Shown: piece after piece, positions 11,365-24,067 of the stretch
How the letters are laid out: every line of letters starts with the position of its first letter
How positions within the stretch are numbered: the first letter of the stretch is position 1
NCBI GenBank assembly: GCA_030141605.1
Contig: JAQGDQ010000001.1
Span: 2,356,001 to 2,420,000, forward strand
Reading direction: 5' to 3'
DNA from: Tubiluchus corallicola
Taxonomy: Eukaryota; Animalia; Priapulida
Length of the DNA stretch: 64,000 nucleotides
The notes under the pieces: generated by a model
What the model was told of the DNA's origin: nothing
The model's database searches: none
What the model saw: only the letters and a program-made list of their open reading frames with translations
Program-made: the position numbers and the translations under genes

Positions 11365-14300
11365 CTAAAACAACCAAAACTTATAATTAACTTTTCTAAA
11401 ATTTAACATATAATTGGAATGCACTAAACCACAATTTAATCAACCAATTGGCTTTTCAAAGTTGATACATGCAGAAAGGCAGATTACTTTCAAAACGGTC
11501 GAATTTTGAAAAAATTGCCAAGCGTAAAACGGTAATCCATTTAAGCGTAGTGCAGATATAAAAAAATCTTTGCCCATTATATCACTTTTTAGAACTACAA
11601 GTCTTATGGTATATATATAGTTTGTCTACATGTCGTATGCATGTTTGCTGTCCAGCTTTGAAATGAAGTAAATTCTTAGTATGTATAATTATTTTGTTGA
11701 AACACCGATCGGTCAGCCAACACATAGCAAATATTTTTGCAAATGCAACAAGCCAAAAATCGCTTTGGGTTTTAAAAATCTCAGAATTTTATTTGTCAAC
11801 TCTCAACACTTTAATTAAATAAAACAAACTACTTGTATTATTTTCCTGTCAATGGGGAAGTGACTGACTATTGAGGAAGGGGCACTAAAAGTACTTCTGC
11901 CTAGAGCATCAAACTACCTAGAGTGGCCCTGAATATTAAGCTGGTTTAACACAGAGCTGACGTAATCCATGCAGTGGATTAAAAAGCTGCCTCATAAAAA
12001 ATAAACATAGGCTGACCAATGGTCTCTGTCACATACATAATCCATTTGGCATCAACACCTAGCATCATAATACATGGTAAGCTCCTTGCAAGTTCATAAA
12101 GCATCATCGCAAAACGAAATGACCATTAATGTAACAATATTATCAGAAGATAATGACTCTTATACTGTAGTACTGGCACAAAAATAAATTAAAAAGGTAG
12201 CTAAAGATAAATTGGGCAGGCATATATTATGTGGTCAACTTGGTGAAACAGATTAGGATTTTTAGCAGCTTAATATGACTTGAGAGTTTTTTGGTAGCCT
12301 TGACCTTTGGGTATTTTAAATCATATTTGGTTTAATTTGAATGAGAAGCAATTACGAGATAAACTGATAAAAATATATCAGAATGTGAAAATAAAATTTG
12401 GAAAAAAGCTAAAAGACAGCTGAATGATATGATTTGTACAAAAGCATACTAGCATATGAATTATGCATGGATGATTTTAATGGGGTGCAAAGCTCACGGA
12501 TAAAGCTAAAACTGGTGTATTAGAATTGCAGCGAGTGGATTTATTGAAATGGAAAACTAGCAAAAAAGATAGAACTTCCGATTATGGGCAGAGTTTTGAA
12601 AAACTGGAAGCATTATTGCTGCTCTGTGTACTGTGTAAGGAATTTGTAAGTTGTGTATTTTCGAAAATTCGCAAATGAATGATTTAAGTGAAAGTGAGCG
12701 GTTAGAATGGCTATTGTTTGGACCTGGCAAAAACAACAGCAAAGAAGCCCTCGAGAAATAATGAAAAGATGAACAGGCTTAAATGGAAATTTGTAATGCT
12801 CAATAAAGATGCTAAAATTAGACCACAATGGATAATGCTTCTGCTAGATTAGTTGTAATGGAGTTTGGAAAATAAAAGATGGATGACTATGAACGGAAAA
12901 GCCAAAAACAGAGTTTTCTGCTTACATTAACAATGGGGTTTGAAGCAAAAATCGAAAATCAATAATCAAACACAGAGCAAAGAACATACCGAGATAATAT
13001 CATGTCCGTTAAGGAAGATGTTTTATGACTTGCGGATTATGGATTACGGCTTGATCCTTACCTATGCCTTCGCTTTGTGACAACAGTTGGCATGTGGTAA
13101 AAATGGCACAAATGGAAAAGCACATAAAAATGGCAGGAAAAATGGCTTGGAAAAAATGGCACAAGAAAATTGGCACAAATGGAAAAGCAGGAAAAAATGG
13201 CACAAATGGAAAAGTAGGAAAAAATGGCACATATGTTATTTTGATGCAACTGATGATAAAACTAGAATGCACTCAGTAAGAAGCAGATCTCTGTCAAAGC
13301 CGAACAATCCTATACTCATTCGTTTGATTCTTTTGCTTAAAAAGAATTAACGCAAAGATAAACAAGCAAACGTACAAAAATGTACCTGTATTAGTATTAT
13401 ATAGACTAGCAAAAGACGCACAAAATATTTGTTCGTTAAATTGATTTATAATCAATAATGCACAAATATACCGCATAGTGTTTACCTATGTTTTTAACCA
13501 TTTTTTTTGTCGATGGTAATAGACTGACAAATATAAGTACCAAGTCACCCTACAAGGCTAAGCACGTTAATAAGCCAAGGTTATAGAGTTTTACAAGCGA
13601 GAATTTTTCAAAATGGAACCGGAACTAATTCGTAGTTATTTATCAAATTGGAGATAACAAAGAATAAGCACTAAACATTCCCTCTGAGACCTCTACAAAG
13701 TACTTCACGAATGTTTTTTTTTGTACATGGTGTTGTGTCAAGTTTTGCAAAAAAAGAACCATGAAAAGATTCCCATTTTGACACCCTATCCCCGCCTTTC
13801 GTCACAAAGTTTTTGGAAATTTGTTAGATACTTTTTGCATAATAGGCTTATTACCATAACAGACAAAAAAACAACCAATCAAACAGGCAAACAAACAAAC
13901 AAATTGTGTTGAAACGTAAGTTCTTTAGCAGCAGTAAAAATAACTAAAATAATTATCTCCCACTGTAACTGAACCCAAAACACATATTTTACTAACTGTG
14001 CCATTTTACCTACTTTTCAATATGTGCCATTTTTACCTACATTCACAACAGCCTGAGGCCGCCTTTCTACTGCGAGCTCACAGACACAGACTTTTTTGTC
14101 CTCATGTTTTATATTCCTCAAAAGTTATTTCCATTGGGACCACACTCATTCCGTACAACACCCCAAAATTTTAGCGCAAAATTGTAGACATGAGATTTCT
14201 CGGAAGAAAAAAGATTTTTATTTTGCTGTGGTTGTTAAAGGAAAAGGCAAGTATGCGAAACAGGAAGTGACAACATCGTCTTTGGGTACACCCAATATTT

Positions 14301-17300
14301 CAATATTTTATTCTCTCTTCCTCGTACTCTCTCATATTTCTCGTCTTTCTTTATTTCTCTTGCTGGCTCAGTACCCTGACAGCACAAAAGTATTGATCAA
14401 TGTTAACTTTATTATTTTTCACTTGGTGGTGAAGGCAAACAGTGGCAGTTTCAAAGAAGTTTTGTGTGAAGCCTTAAAAATATCTGCTCTACCTTTTCTC
14501 CTTCTTATTACTAGTCTACTATAGTAGATTTTGATTTTGTATGGCCATATATTGCAATTTTTACAGCGTGTTTCCTAGTGGAATTACTTCACTTCAAGTA
14601 AAAAGTGGCTTTCATTATACAGCTAAAAATGTTTTGAAGCTTATAATTTTCTCCTCTGTAACAGCACAGCTATGCAATGTGGCTTTCGGGACAAAGTAGA
14701 CATACTATGGCAATAGCGTGCGTAAATATACACTACTAATTTAAAAAAAATACATGCACAATAGAGTCACAAAATCAGGCCTAAATTTACAGAAACATCA
14801 AGTTAACAACAAAAACTCTATATACATTTATATATTCTGCCTTCAATATTAACTTCAAAGTCTACTTCAACCCACAGCTGCCTTGTAAAATCTATGTGAG
14901 ACTATATCTGGGATTACTTTTGTCATACAAAGCTGGTCTAATCTCTATGTGCAATTTGGCATGCATTATGAAAATAAACTTGTCCACCTGCTCAAAAAAG
15001 GGTTCGGTAATTAAAGTGCGGATCTGTGCGTGTGCATGGCTTCCCATGCGGACACAGTGGAAACAACAAACATGGATAACAATGATTTGCAGTGGTGTGC
15101 TAGTGTTCCAATTTTTTCAGTATAACTCATACGGAAAAAGTCTGTCTGTACAGGCGCAGTTGAAACACGGCCTTATACTCTCCATATGTTCCCCACTCCC
15201 CCAGCAGTGAACTTTACTGGCCAAATTCAGATTAAAATTTGTTTTCCCTCACAAAATGTTGGGAATTTCATTTGCCATTCCTGACCATTCCTGACAAGAT
15301 ACTTCATACACTACAGTACAGACAACCTAAGCAATAACGGTAACTTGTCTTACTGCTGTACGTAATCTGTTTCTTTCAGTTAAAGCTTGTACTACACTGC
15401 CCAGTTATACGTAAGCAACCTTTCGCAAAATTTTATTGGTTATGTATCTATTGCTATATTTTGACTAATCTGCCGCGGCATGATATCATCATAAATCCGG
15501 CTTCTCGTCCGCTTAACTGAATGGAACATACCCTTTAATCTCACGTTTGTTACTTTGCCAACTCACATTCATTTTTTATCCATGCAACATTTTGCTATGA
15601 ATACATCTACGTGTAATAGAGGTACCCATGCTGGCAAGCGTCACATCCATTGTGATTGTCATCATAGATGGCTACATTGTACTTCTTTATCACTAGCAGG
15701 TTATCAAAATTTTGGTACTGACTTCTTGTGCACTAAATGACTTCAGTCAGTATTTCCATTTAATTATAGCCGACGAAGATGAATTTAGGTCACTTATAAG
15801 ATTTTCCAACATTAGTCCTATACTAGATAATTATTCTAATGCTCCAATTCGTTGATACTGGTGAGGAAAATGAATATGACGGCACCAACAACACTGACCT
15901 AGACAAACATTTCTTTAATCATTTGAGCTCTTACAGGGAAATTTTGCAGGGATTGCCATGACTGAAACTTGGCTAACTGATAAAATTTGCACCATATTTA
16001 CTATGTCTGAATATAAACGTGAATGTAAAAACAGATAATCTAAAGGGGAGGTGGTGCGACATTATTTATTCAAGACGATTCACCTTATGCTATTATGGAA
16101 AATTTAACCTGTGCCACCTACGATAGAAGCATTATTCATTGAGATTCATGCTGATTGGGGCAAAAACATTACTGTGGGTGTAACTTATCGACCTCCTGTT
16201 ATGAATCCAACTAATTTCATCGATAAATTCTCTAACTTTTAGCACAAACTGAACCGGGACATCCCAAACATATATTTTCTCTTGATGTGACTACAGTCTC
16301 AATCTATTAAACTGCTCTATCCATAATGGCTCAAAATGATTTCTAGATAGTATGTTTGCAAACTTTTCTTTTCCCCTCAATACCCGTCCAACTAGAATTA
16401 CTGGCCTATAGCTACACTCACTGATAATATATTTACCAATATAATCGATCATCTGCTAATTTCATGGTACTTATAATAAACAGATATATCCGACCACTTT
16501 CACATTACGCGATTTAAACTTGTCAAATGCCAACCAAAAACTCAATAATGAATTTCTATACAATAATAGCATTAAAACAAATTTATTAAACGGGCTTAGT
16601 GATAAGTCTTGGAATGACATCTTGGCCAGTAAGAATGTCAATCAAGCTACTGATATGTTCTTTGGTGAATTCAGTAGCATTCACTCTAAGCATATTAAAG
16701 AATGCACAATAAATAATAATCCATTAAAAAATAAAAAAACCTTGGATAACTAAAGGCCTTTTGAAATCTATATTATATAAACAAATCTTCTTATAGTAAC
16801 ATTAAATAAGAAGACAGACAATATCTCCTATTTTCAAATCTGGTGACACTACCAATATGAACAATTACAAACCCATTTCTTTGCTTTCTGTTTTCTCAAA
16901 AATTCTTGAAAGATGTGTACACAATCAATTGAACAACTATTTAATTATAAACAAAATTCTGAACCCTAACCAATTTGGCTTTTGCAAAAATTCTTCTACT
17001 GACCTTGCACTCTTAGCAGTATGTAAAACAACTGATGAAACACCATTGAAAATAATTCTGTTATAGCTGGAATCTTCTGCGACCTCTAAAACATTTGATA
17101 GGGTCAACCATACAATTTTAGTCAATAAGTTATCTCATTATTGCTTTAGGGAAGTTACATTAGACTGGCTCCAAAGTTACTTGAGTAATTGTTCACAACG
17201 TGTCAAGTGTTAGCAACTGCTTCTCTGACCAGGCAATAGCATAGCAAATTGTACAGTAGTACAAGGGTCAATTCTAAGACCCTCTTATTTTTAATGTATA

Positions 17301-19479
17301 TCAGCGACATACACAACATTCAACACAATATGAAAATAACACAATTTGCAGACGAAACGACCATCTTAGCCTTTGATAATTTTTCTGAAAAATAATATGA
17401 ATACTATTTTGGGTGACCTATCTAAATGGTTCAAAGCTAATAACCTTTCTCTTAATCCAGATAAAACTAAATTTACTATGTTTCGTTCTAGAAACAAACC
17501 ACTTCCCCAAATTATGACCTTTTAATGATCGATGGTTCCCTTATTGAACAAACTAAACAAATTAAATTTTTAGGCATCATAGTGCAGGAAGATCTAGATT
17601 AGAACACTCATATTAATATGATTAGCATCAAAATAGCTAAGAATGTTGAAATCATTTCTTATGTCAAAAATAGTCCTTCTCAAACACATTTAAGAATTTT
17701 ATATCATTCTTTAGTCATACCATATTTAAACTTGGCCTGCATTTTATGGGGACCGACCTATCCATTGAACCTAGATTCTCTTATTGGTCTTCATTGTAAG
17801 TTGATTTTCATGGTTTAGCTAAATTTGCAGCTCAAAGAATTCAAACAAATGACCACTGACAACTTAAATAAATATAATGTAAGCATATTCATTCAGCACA
17901 AAACTCACTATCAATCTCTGGTGTCTTTTTTCGTTAATCCTGTTAATCTTAATCAAAAGCATAATAATACTAGATTTAAGGAGTATGAAATTGTCCGGTG
18001 TGAGACTAATGTTGGGAAACATTTCATCTCATTTGTTAGTCCTGTCATATGGAACAAAATATCTGCAAACATTATTAATTCATTTTTGTCATTACCAAGA
18101 TTCAAAAAAAGTTTGAAAACTTCACTTTTAAAATCATATTAAATGTTGAGCAATATTTCAGTGCACAACAGACTGGCTTATACTGTACTTCCGTACTTAA
18201 ATGTATATATTTGTATGCAATGTTATAAATAGCAATCTCATATTCATTCTCATTCACATCATTTCACTAAGCTAACCCTACTAATTTCTATTTCCTGCAC
18301 TCTCCACTATCATTCTATCATTTTCTTATTTCCCTTTTTTGCATTCTAACACCTGCACCATTAATTGCATTATACTTATAGTCGCACATGTAATGCTTCT
18401 GTCTACAATGCAAGCAACAATTTATATATAGATATCATGTTACGTAAAGTTTATTAAAATATTAATGTAATTATATAATCTTATGTATATCATGTCATAT
18501 CATACCATATCGTGTTTTGTTACCATTGCTGCGTTGCTTGGTGTTGTCGTAATAAAATAAAATATTGTTTTGCATTAGTAGCGTAGCGAGCCGAGTAACC
18601 CACTAGCCGAAGTAGGACACTTCCAATAAAACGCATGTGTTAAATTCGCGGAAAACAGTGTCGTACATGGGCAGCCCAAGTACGGCACTAGTAATTTCTG
18701 TCAAGAATCGATATCTATGACATAATAAAACATAAAACTAAATTTGTTTTACAAAAAAAGTTACTTTATAATATTGATGGATGGTCCTTAACAATTTACA
18801 AATGTATTTTTCACAACAATATCATCATTATTATTAGCTCCATTCATAATTATCATCATAACATTAAACTAAGTGTCTAATGCTTTCAAGAGAGAAACTA
18901 CGTAGGGCACATAACTCGCTAACCCGTTTACTTAGTAGAAAACAATTATTTGTCCAAGAGGGAGTGAAAAGGATCACCAGTCTATGAAGCAAGACCAAAT
19001 AAAAAACGATATACCGTATGCAAATGTTGGAATCACCTAAAAAGTGCGCTTATTTCACTTCAAAGAAGATTAATATTGGCAAAACTATACTACTTACTAG
19101 CTCAGAATAAAATTCGTTTATTTTATCAGATGTATAATAAATTATTCAACGTGTATTGACGTTTTTAATTATTATAATTACATAAACAAGGACAGCGGAC
19201 GGTGCCAGTACGCTTAACCACTCAATTCGCGACCTATCTCTAATGCCCTACTATGGCAGGCCATGTACGCCAATTGTCCTACTACGGCTAGTAGGTTACT
19301 CGGCGCCCAGCAGTATTAACACCATTCGCTTTAAAAGCTAGCTAACGCCCACGAAAATCTAACATCAGGAATATAACCCATTTCAATACTATTACCTGCT
19401 TTGGAAAACCTCCGTCAGCAAAGTTATTGCTGGTAAAATCAATGCCACGCACAAACGGCAACACCCCAGTCGAAGCCAT
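7705..19479 (-). CDS. fliI: Protein flightless-1 homolog, complement(join(7705..11364,19396..19479)), 1247 aa
   Basis: N-terminus MASTGVLPFVRGIDF matches the FliI start. It is followed by a long LRR array (e.g. LETLPPQLRRL, FEGIPSGIGKL, PEGLCRCGKLKKL) and gelsolin-type repeats ([47 protein letters not shown]). The phase-0 GT-AG intron at 11365-19395 joins ...GFPKQ to VADMTNLRW in frame. Confidence 0.97.
13084..14051. mobile_element. MITE/foldback-like element with subterminal AAAAATGGCACA repeats, in the fliI intron
   Basis: Left end cagttggcatgtggtaaaaatggcaca versus the reverse complement of the right end, ctgttgtgaatgtaggtaaaaatggcaca. Tandem aaaaatggcacaaatggaaaag units at 13098-13230 and inverted tgtgccatttt units at 13997-14040. 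Confidence 0.65.
14057..15172 (-). mobile_element. Non-autonomous PIF/Harbinger-like DNA transposon, copy 1, with decayed MADF fragment
   Basis: Imperfect TIRs ggccgcctttctactgcg / cgcagttgaaacacggcc, flanked by TGA/TTA. Colinear homology to 61273-62050, including the MADF-encoding segment (~14860-14990). Confidence 0.75.
15830..18142 (+). mobile_element. Decayed non-LTR retrotransposon (CR1/L2-group-like), APE endonuclease plus RT, antisense within the fliI intron
   Basis: Frameshifted motifs TETWL, YRPP, DNIFTN, ISDHF (endonuclease) and NYKPISLLSVFSKILE, NQFGF, SKTFDRV, QGSIL, FADET, LNPDKT (RT). Many stop codons. Confidence 0.9.
19396..19479 (-). CDS. fliI: fliI coding exon 1 (MASTGVLPFVRGIDFTSNNFADGGFPKQ)
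   Basis: ATG at 19479-19477; donor CAG|GTAATA. An upstream acceptor (ttttctttag|, exon edge 19514) suggests a further non-coding 5' exon. Confidence 0.93.
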
Positions 19480-19604
19480 CTTTGTTATCTGAGTTTCCAG
19501 CAATACCAGAAATCCTAAAGAAAATGTTTTCAGTCATTTCAAGGTGCACCTAAACAGATAGTTTCAAAAATATTTTTCTAATAATTCACAATCCATCGTT
19601 TATA

Positions 19605-21074
19605 TACCTCTGCCAAAACCTGAAAAAAGAGAGGACCAGTGGTAAATCTCAGACCGCTGATGCTGTTAACCATAATAAGAAAAGCTCTAGCGATATGTAT
19701 GCTTAACAGAATCTATGACAGACTGGATCAGTGTATTACTAAAAGTCAAACAGCTTACCAGCCTGGTAGAAATACAACAGAACGTGTTCAGACTTGCAAG
19801 ATACTGATTTATGTTGATGTACCTGGATTTCTGTCTAGTAGAAATAACGATATACACTACATCGTTATGCGTGTTGCCGAACTAATTTATTTACCGTGCG
19901 GTCTGACGCATTAATACATAAAAAGATACTAGCAGAAAAGGCCATCCCCTCGGCAGATTATTCAATATATATATGTTATTCATGGACATGTCCAAAGCTA
20001 CACTGCTACACTACTTACAAAAAATACTTAATCCTGGCGAAATTCATATGATATCAATATTATTGGAAGATCTTCTAATTAGTTTAGATGTGAAGGCAGA
20101 CAGGGTGGTTCATTTTCCACGAATAAGGGAATACCTCAAGTAGATTGCCCAAGTCCCGTTCTCTTCACTTTTTATATAGCTACAGCATTAATGGACAGGA
20201 ACAGCGCACACAGAAAAGAACTTTGTGACCACAATTATACAAATCTGGATCCAGAAAAGCTACTATTGGGATCAGAATTAGAACACAATTATGTTAATAA
20301 AACGAAATTCCCTACAACCATATACCTGTAATATGCTGATGATATTACATGGATAGCAAGAACCAAAGATGATGTCAAAATTTAAACAAATTTAAAAGAA
20401 GTGGATGTCATACTAAATAAAGATAAAAAAGAAGAGTATCACATAAAAAGGAATGGAGATGGTGCGTGGAGGAAATGTAAGTACTTAGGCAGTCTTCTAG
20501 CAATGGATGAAGATATATCAAGAAGAAAAATCCTAGCACTAGCTGCATATTTCAAATTAACAAAAGTTTTTGAAAGTAAGAGGATCAGTTTCGATACAAA
20601 ATTAAGAAACTCTGCTGCACTTGTGGAAACTGTTTCTCTATAACTCAGAATTATGGACAATTAAAGCACAACACGAATCAGAAATTAATGCATTTCAAAG
20701 AAGAAGCTACAGAAACATTCTAGGAATAAAATGGCCAAACAAAATATCAAACCAGGATCTGTACAATAAAGTCAAAGCAGAGGAATGGACAATTAAAATC
20801 AAAAGGAGAAGATTAAGATGGACAGGACATGTTATACGACTACCACATGACAGTCCATCAAAGCTTTCAAAAAAGTACTGCAGAAAGAAAAGAAACCGCA
20901 AGGAGGGCAGCTGCTGACTTATTTCAATTTCATCCAAAAAGATCTTATCAACACACCATTAGGTATCAAAAATGCAGAGACTTGGGAGGTTGCAGGTGAC
21001 AGGACAGCATGGAATAAAGCGATCAGCAGTGTCATGTCGACCGACGTGTGACTCCAGAAATGATGATGATGATG
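19605..21074 (+). mobile_element. 5'-truncated, decayed RTE-like LINE with (TGA)n 3' tail
   Basis: Motifs LPKP..NLRPLMLL, QTAYQPGRNTTE, DMSKA, GIPQ.D..SPVLF, YADDI, KYLGS, LYNSELWT, GIKWPNKISN, RLRWTGHVIR. Ends in tgatgatgatgatg (21061-21074). Confidence 0.88.
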
Positions 21075-21667
21075 TTTGTAACAAAGCTATTTCTATTCCT
21101 AAAAAATTACATGTGGAGTGTAATTGCTTGTTATGTCAATTATATTGTTAATGTTTAAAACAATATTAAACTATTCAGTATTTCAGAATTGAAAACTATC
21201 AAGTATTGAAATAATTGAAAACTGCCTAAGAAAATTTTGCTTTGCATTAGTACTAACACCACTTGCTCCAAAAGCTAGCTAACGCAAACGAAGATCTAGC
21301 ATCAGTATGCTGATAACTCAATGGATATTATTGATAATACAAGTAACAGCATAAAATTATAATACTCTTGATCCTATATGAGTCAGTCACACGGGTAGGG
21401 TAGACTTTTGTGACCCATGACATTAATCATACACTGCATTAACCATAGAACATCAACTTTTATGACTTCATAAACATAAGTTGTATTAAGAGATTAGTTA
21501 ACAGAAGCTGACATTCGTACAGAATAATGTTATATGTTTTGATAACTTAATATAAAAATTATAACTTATGGAAATTATAGAAAGCTAGCAGAGAACATGA
21601 GAAGGCTTGGTTGACAGTAAGTTTTAAGATTGCCACTTTTCTCACTCTCTCTCCTCCACCTCATTCT

Positions 21668-21671
<4 letters not shown>

Positions 21672-21733
<62 letters not shown>

Positions 21734-21746
21734 TGTTTGTGTTTGT
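21672..21746. repeat. Compound (TG)n-(TGCG)n microsatellite
   Basis: Direct reading. Confidence 0.95.
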
Positions 21747-22007
21747 GCCTGTTGACGTCTCCTTTTTGCTTTAACATTTCACTAATATATTACAGTATAG
21801 TAAGACAGGTAAGATAATCTAATCTTATTATTATACATATAATAGGGCAGTTAAGATAATCTATATTCTTCAGTTTTCTTCAATTTAGTCATTGGAGCAT
21901 GTGTAAGATTGCGTAATGTCTGCAAACGAAATTCATCCGAATTGAGTATAACATGTCTAAACGGCAAGATATTAACAATTTCCACTTTCCTAATTAAGTA
22001 AGTATGA

Positions 22008-22197
22008 CCTTCATTTCTTTCTTTTCTTTTCGTTTCTTTTGCTCATTCTTTCCTTTCTCCATTTTTCTTCTCTCTCTTTTTCTTACCTTTTCTTCCTCAT
22101 TTTCTTCTCTCCTTTTATTTTTTTTCTGTCTCACTTTTTCCTTTTTTCTTTCTTTCTTTCTTCTTTCATTCCATCTTTTCATCCTTTCCTTTCATTT
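22008..22197. repeat. Polypyrimidine low-complexity tract
   Basis: Almost purely T/C; gives spurious K/R/E-rich and F/L/S-rich ORFs. Confidence 0.85.
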
Positions 22198-23814
22198 GTT
22201 TAGAGCTGATGGTTGGGACCGAAATTTATCTGTCATACGATAAAATAGATTTATACATAGATAAAAATTGTACCTGTGTGTACAAAGTTTTTCTGAGTCC
22301 AACTTACGAAACCACGTACGAACTTCTTAAATATTGGTGTATATGTTACACGCAAGAGGCATTACAGTATGAGTACTTGCAGTATAGATACAGTCGAGAA
22401 CATTATAACTATAGTTATAATTCTTTATAATTCATTATTATAGAAGCTAGACGAGCAAGTTATAAACTGTATATCATAGAAAAAAGTTGTACGATGAAGT
22501 TCGTAAATTATCTATGATGGGACAGTAATAATACCTATCTGTTAGACCTATACTGGTGGCAGTATTTTCCTGTGGAAACTGAAGCCCTATAGCTGCATCT
22601 GTAAATTATTATCACTTTAGCCGTGCTGTCTTGTGTACTGTGAGCTGCATTAGACTATGGTCTGTTACACTTGGACGACACACGCGGCATTAGGCCTACG
22701 TACTGCATCACGTTGGCTAGCCAAACAGAAAGTAATTAAAGTCCATACACATGATCTAGCACTCACAAGTAATACAAAAGAATTAAGACGCCAATAAGGC
22801 ATTGTGCAGATTAATTTATCCAATGCCATGAGTATAACTCGAGGAGCCGTTTTTATTGTTTTCAAACTGAACAACTACAATCGTTAATTAGTTGTTAGTT
22901 AGTTGTGTCATTTTATTTTCCCCCAGCGCACTGTAGTTTGATCGGTCACACGATGATTCTACCTCAGAAAAGTGGTCCTTGACAACCAAAAGTCTGTTCA
23001 TTGAGGTATGACAGCTACCGTAAGTATGACTGTGTTGCTGCAATCACTTATAGGCACACCCGTGAAAGTCTAAGATTTTCTCACTTTCATTGTGTGTGTG
23101 TGTGTTGTATGTTTGAGGCCTTTGCATTTCATTGACTTTGTTTGTAATATATAGTGAAACATTGCAATTAAAAGGTAAAACGAAAGAAACATTTTCATCA
23201 GAATCGCCAGTTGTACGTGGTGGAGTGCTGATTTTACAAATCGAAATAATAGTGCTATATGTCTGTTGTTGACAGTCAGCGCAAGTCTGCAACTTGACGT
23301 ATCTCAGGTACTTTCTCTGAATACAGTAACTATTAGTAGATTTACTGTGCAACCAGATCACTTTAATGATGAACGAATAAACTTGATTAACGTTTATAAT
23401 TATTTATAATCTCTAGGATTTTCAATTGTCATGTTATGGGTTTCACATTTGGCTATTACTGTTGATCCTTTTTCAGGTAATAATCAGTGTATTTTGTGCA
23501 ATATTAAACGTGTATTGGCTGAAATTATAGTATTAAATATATTCGGTAATTATGACCGAAAAAAATTCACATGCATGGTTTTCTAAGATACTTAGTTGTT
23601 AAAATAAGGGAGATGAGTGTTTTCAATTTTATAAACTTGGTACTATAGTAATACATTACGTGAAATATATTAAGACGCCAATTAAATAATACATAATTAT
23701 AATAAGTACACGGCGTATACAGATCTACCCAATAAGGGTGAGCATTCCCTACTAGAAAAGAAATTCGAATCGCATTTTTGACTTTCGAATCCGAATTGAA
23801 ATGGGATTTTAGTT

Positions 23815-24067
<253 letters not shown>

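Noticed and set aside
12280-12900. Purine-rich stretch resembling a LINE 3' end (KLEALLLLC)
   Set aside because: Too decayed; no diagnostic motif.
13009-13350. GKNGTNGK collagen-like ORFs; regular repeats superficially like a CRISPR array
   Set aside because: Subterminal tandem repeats of a TIR element; no unique spacers, no cas genes, eukaryotic context.
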